A stretch of DNA of 64,000 bases from Neovahlkampfia damariscottae (taxonomy: Eukaryota). The stretch is from positions 1 to 64,000 of the forward strand of contig JABLTG010000022.1 of assembly GCA_016618085.1 (NCBI GenBank), read 5' to 3'. Positions 62,045-64,000 of this stretch are shown piece by piece; positions within the stretch are counted from its first letter, which is position 1, and every line of letters begins with the position of its first letter. The translations under genes and the position numbers were made by a program. The notes beneath the pieces were generated by a model. It searched no databases. It worked only from the letters and a program-made list of their open reading frames with translations, and was not told the DNA's origin.

Positions 62045-64000
62045 TTATTTCCATGTATTAAAAATATTTTGTATTTTTTCCAATCTCTTATTTTGTTCTA
62101 ATTCTTGTTCTTTCAATCGATCCACATTCATATTTAAAATATCAATTGTTATCTCTTCCAAAGAAACAGAGGAAACATTTGATTCTTCGTCATTTCCTTC
62201 ATCTTCAATTAATATTTTTGAAGTAATTTCTTTTGTAAAATCTTCATGATTATAAGGTTCGATTTTATTCAACTCTGACTTTTCCAAAAGTAAATTCAAA
62301 CTTTGTGCATTGGTTTGAAATGACTTATTAGTTTTAAGAAAAGACAAATAGGAAGTGGATAAAACTTGATTATCTTTTGAATAAAAATACAAATCTTCAA
62401 ACATTTTTTTATCATCAACACCATATAAATTAGCAATTTGAAAAGAAATTTTGAAGTTTTTTTGAAGTAAAAATAAAATAAATGATTTTCGAATGATTGA
62501 TTGAAATTGATTGGTGTAGAGGTTATTTTCTTTGTTTTTTAAATAAATTGTATAATTTAGAATAATATCTTTCAGTATTTCAACTCTTTCATTTTTGATT
62601 AAATAATTTAATAACAAGATGAGACATTGAAAAAAATTTGAATTTTTTTCACAATTCAAAAGAAACTTGAATAATTGATTTGGTTGATTTTTTTTTAATA
62701 ATTGTGATGTGAAATATAAACAGTTAAGGTTTTCATTATTGAAAAATTGACTAAATTCCACCTTAATTAATCCAAAGGTTTCTTTAAATTTGATAAAAAT
62801 GATTTGATGTGAATCTTGTTGTGGAAGGAATTCTATTGCTTTGATATCGAAATTTTGGGTCTCCATTGAATTATTCAACAATAATTTTAGAGATCTATTG
62901 AAAATTGGATCAATATTTTGTCTTGGTTTTACTCAGATTCATCTCCGTTTGACAATAACAATTTCATAATATTCAAACCTAAATCAAAAAATTTTACATC
63001 ATTTTTTAAATCTGTTTCATTTAAATAGCAGACTGAAAAGAAGTATCCTACCATAAAAGAAATTGAATTGAATAATAAAACGAACCTTAAACATGTTAAC
63101 CTTTTTTTTTTCATATCTAACCTAATGGATGCCATTGGATGAAATAAACTTGATTCAATCTAATTTTTGATCTGTTCAACTCTTTTTTACTTGTTTCTTC
63201 TTCTGTCAAAGAAGGTAATGTGAATAAATGAAGAAAATTATTTTGTGTGAAAATCAAAATATTTTTTTCAGAAGGTGAAACAGAAAACAATGAAATTTCT
63301 TCTTCAACATCCAAAGGAATTTTCACCTTTAAAGTGAATATAGAATTCAAATTTTGATTCAAATTTTCATTCATTTCATAGACACAATAACAGGCACCTT
63401 CTGTTTCTTTTTCCAAAGTATACAACAAATTTGAATTTCTTTTGCTAAATTCAAAAAATAAAATTTCATTTCTTGATGGAAATGAGTTTGATATTAAATT
63501 TAATTGAAAATCTTTTGATATTCTCAAAAATTTCAAATTGTAATCATTTTTGATTCCAACTACATTTTTGAAGTTATATTTAATTTGATGGTAATTTTCA
63601 TCTAAATTGAAAACATTGATGATTTTTTTTTCTTCTTGAGATATCAATATTATTTTATCAACGTTTAAAGAAATGATCAAGTCGTTGAGTAATATTCCAT
63701 CTTTAATGTATAATGCATCTTTTATCCACTTTGAAAGAATAATATCTTCAATTTCAATTGAATTCTCTTTCAACTTTATTTGTACTATATTTCCATCTTC
63801 AAACAATATCTACAAATATAAAATAAGCGAGAATTCCTGTTACCTTTTTTTCGAAAGTTAAACTTTTTTTTTCTACCCTGAATTTTAATCTATTTTCGTA
63901 GTAAATCATTTTTTGAGAGAAAAAAATTGCCATTAATTTTTTAACATCCTCAAGGAATTTTTTGTTGTTCACAATAGAACTACTTCTTTTGTAGTTGAGA
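62045..64000 (-). CDS. WDPCP/Fritz-like ciliogenesis protein; 5' end probably beyond window
   Basis: WHPLG, VKFFDLGLNI, QCLILLLNYL and FKISFQIANLYGVDDKKMFEDLYFY follow the order of WDPCP motifs as recalled (WHP, FDMALSPI, CLSAIVNHL, FEKAFLLA..DLFMDIHY). Confidence 0.6.

Noticed and set aside
302..63861. Many short antisense or alternative-frame ORFs in the track (e.g. 3172-3408, 19917-20273, 59672-60103)
   Set aside because: They are shadows of well-supported genes on the other strand or frame and have no motifs of their own

Overview
Very AT-rich, gene-dense eukaryotic (protist-type) nuclear DNA. Introns are tiny GT-AG introns of about 30-45 nt and intergenic gaps are often under 50 bp; the style suggests a heterolobosean or similar amoeba (inference). 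Host genes include a TRAF-type protein, YME1/FtsH, a ~15 kb giant surface receptor, an IP3-receptor-like channel, PP4R1, a metallophosphoesterase, a DUF1445 protein, a cytochrome b5-fused desaturase, a MYND protein, ATP23, DDX20, RGS, MED7, START, a SpoU methyltransferase, a Kelch-BTB protein, an aldo-keto reductase, a UBC-UFD1 fusion, thioredoxin reductase, WDPCP/Fritz and two tRNAs. The stand-out feature is an ~8.5 kb island with no recognisable introns (~20.5-29.05 kb) that reads as a decayed endogenous Polinton-like virus or virophage-type element. It carries an A32-type packaging ATPase, an rve integrase, a GIY-YIG nuclease, small viral-type zinc-finger genes and its own recurrent upstream motif, contains a host-type pseudogene, and abuts the 3' end of tRNA-Leu. 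Also notable: a thioredoxin reductase ending Cys-UGA-Gly-stop with a clear SECIS, an IP3R-like channel lacking the GGGxGD filter, CCAAT boxes before most host genes, and 7-nt microexons. Gene models were assembled by eye and family calls are from motif recognition, not database searches.
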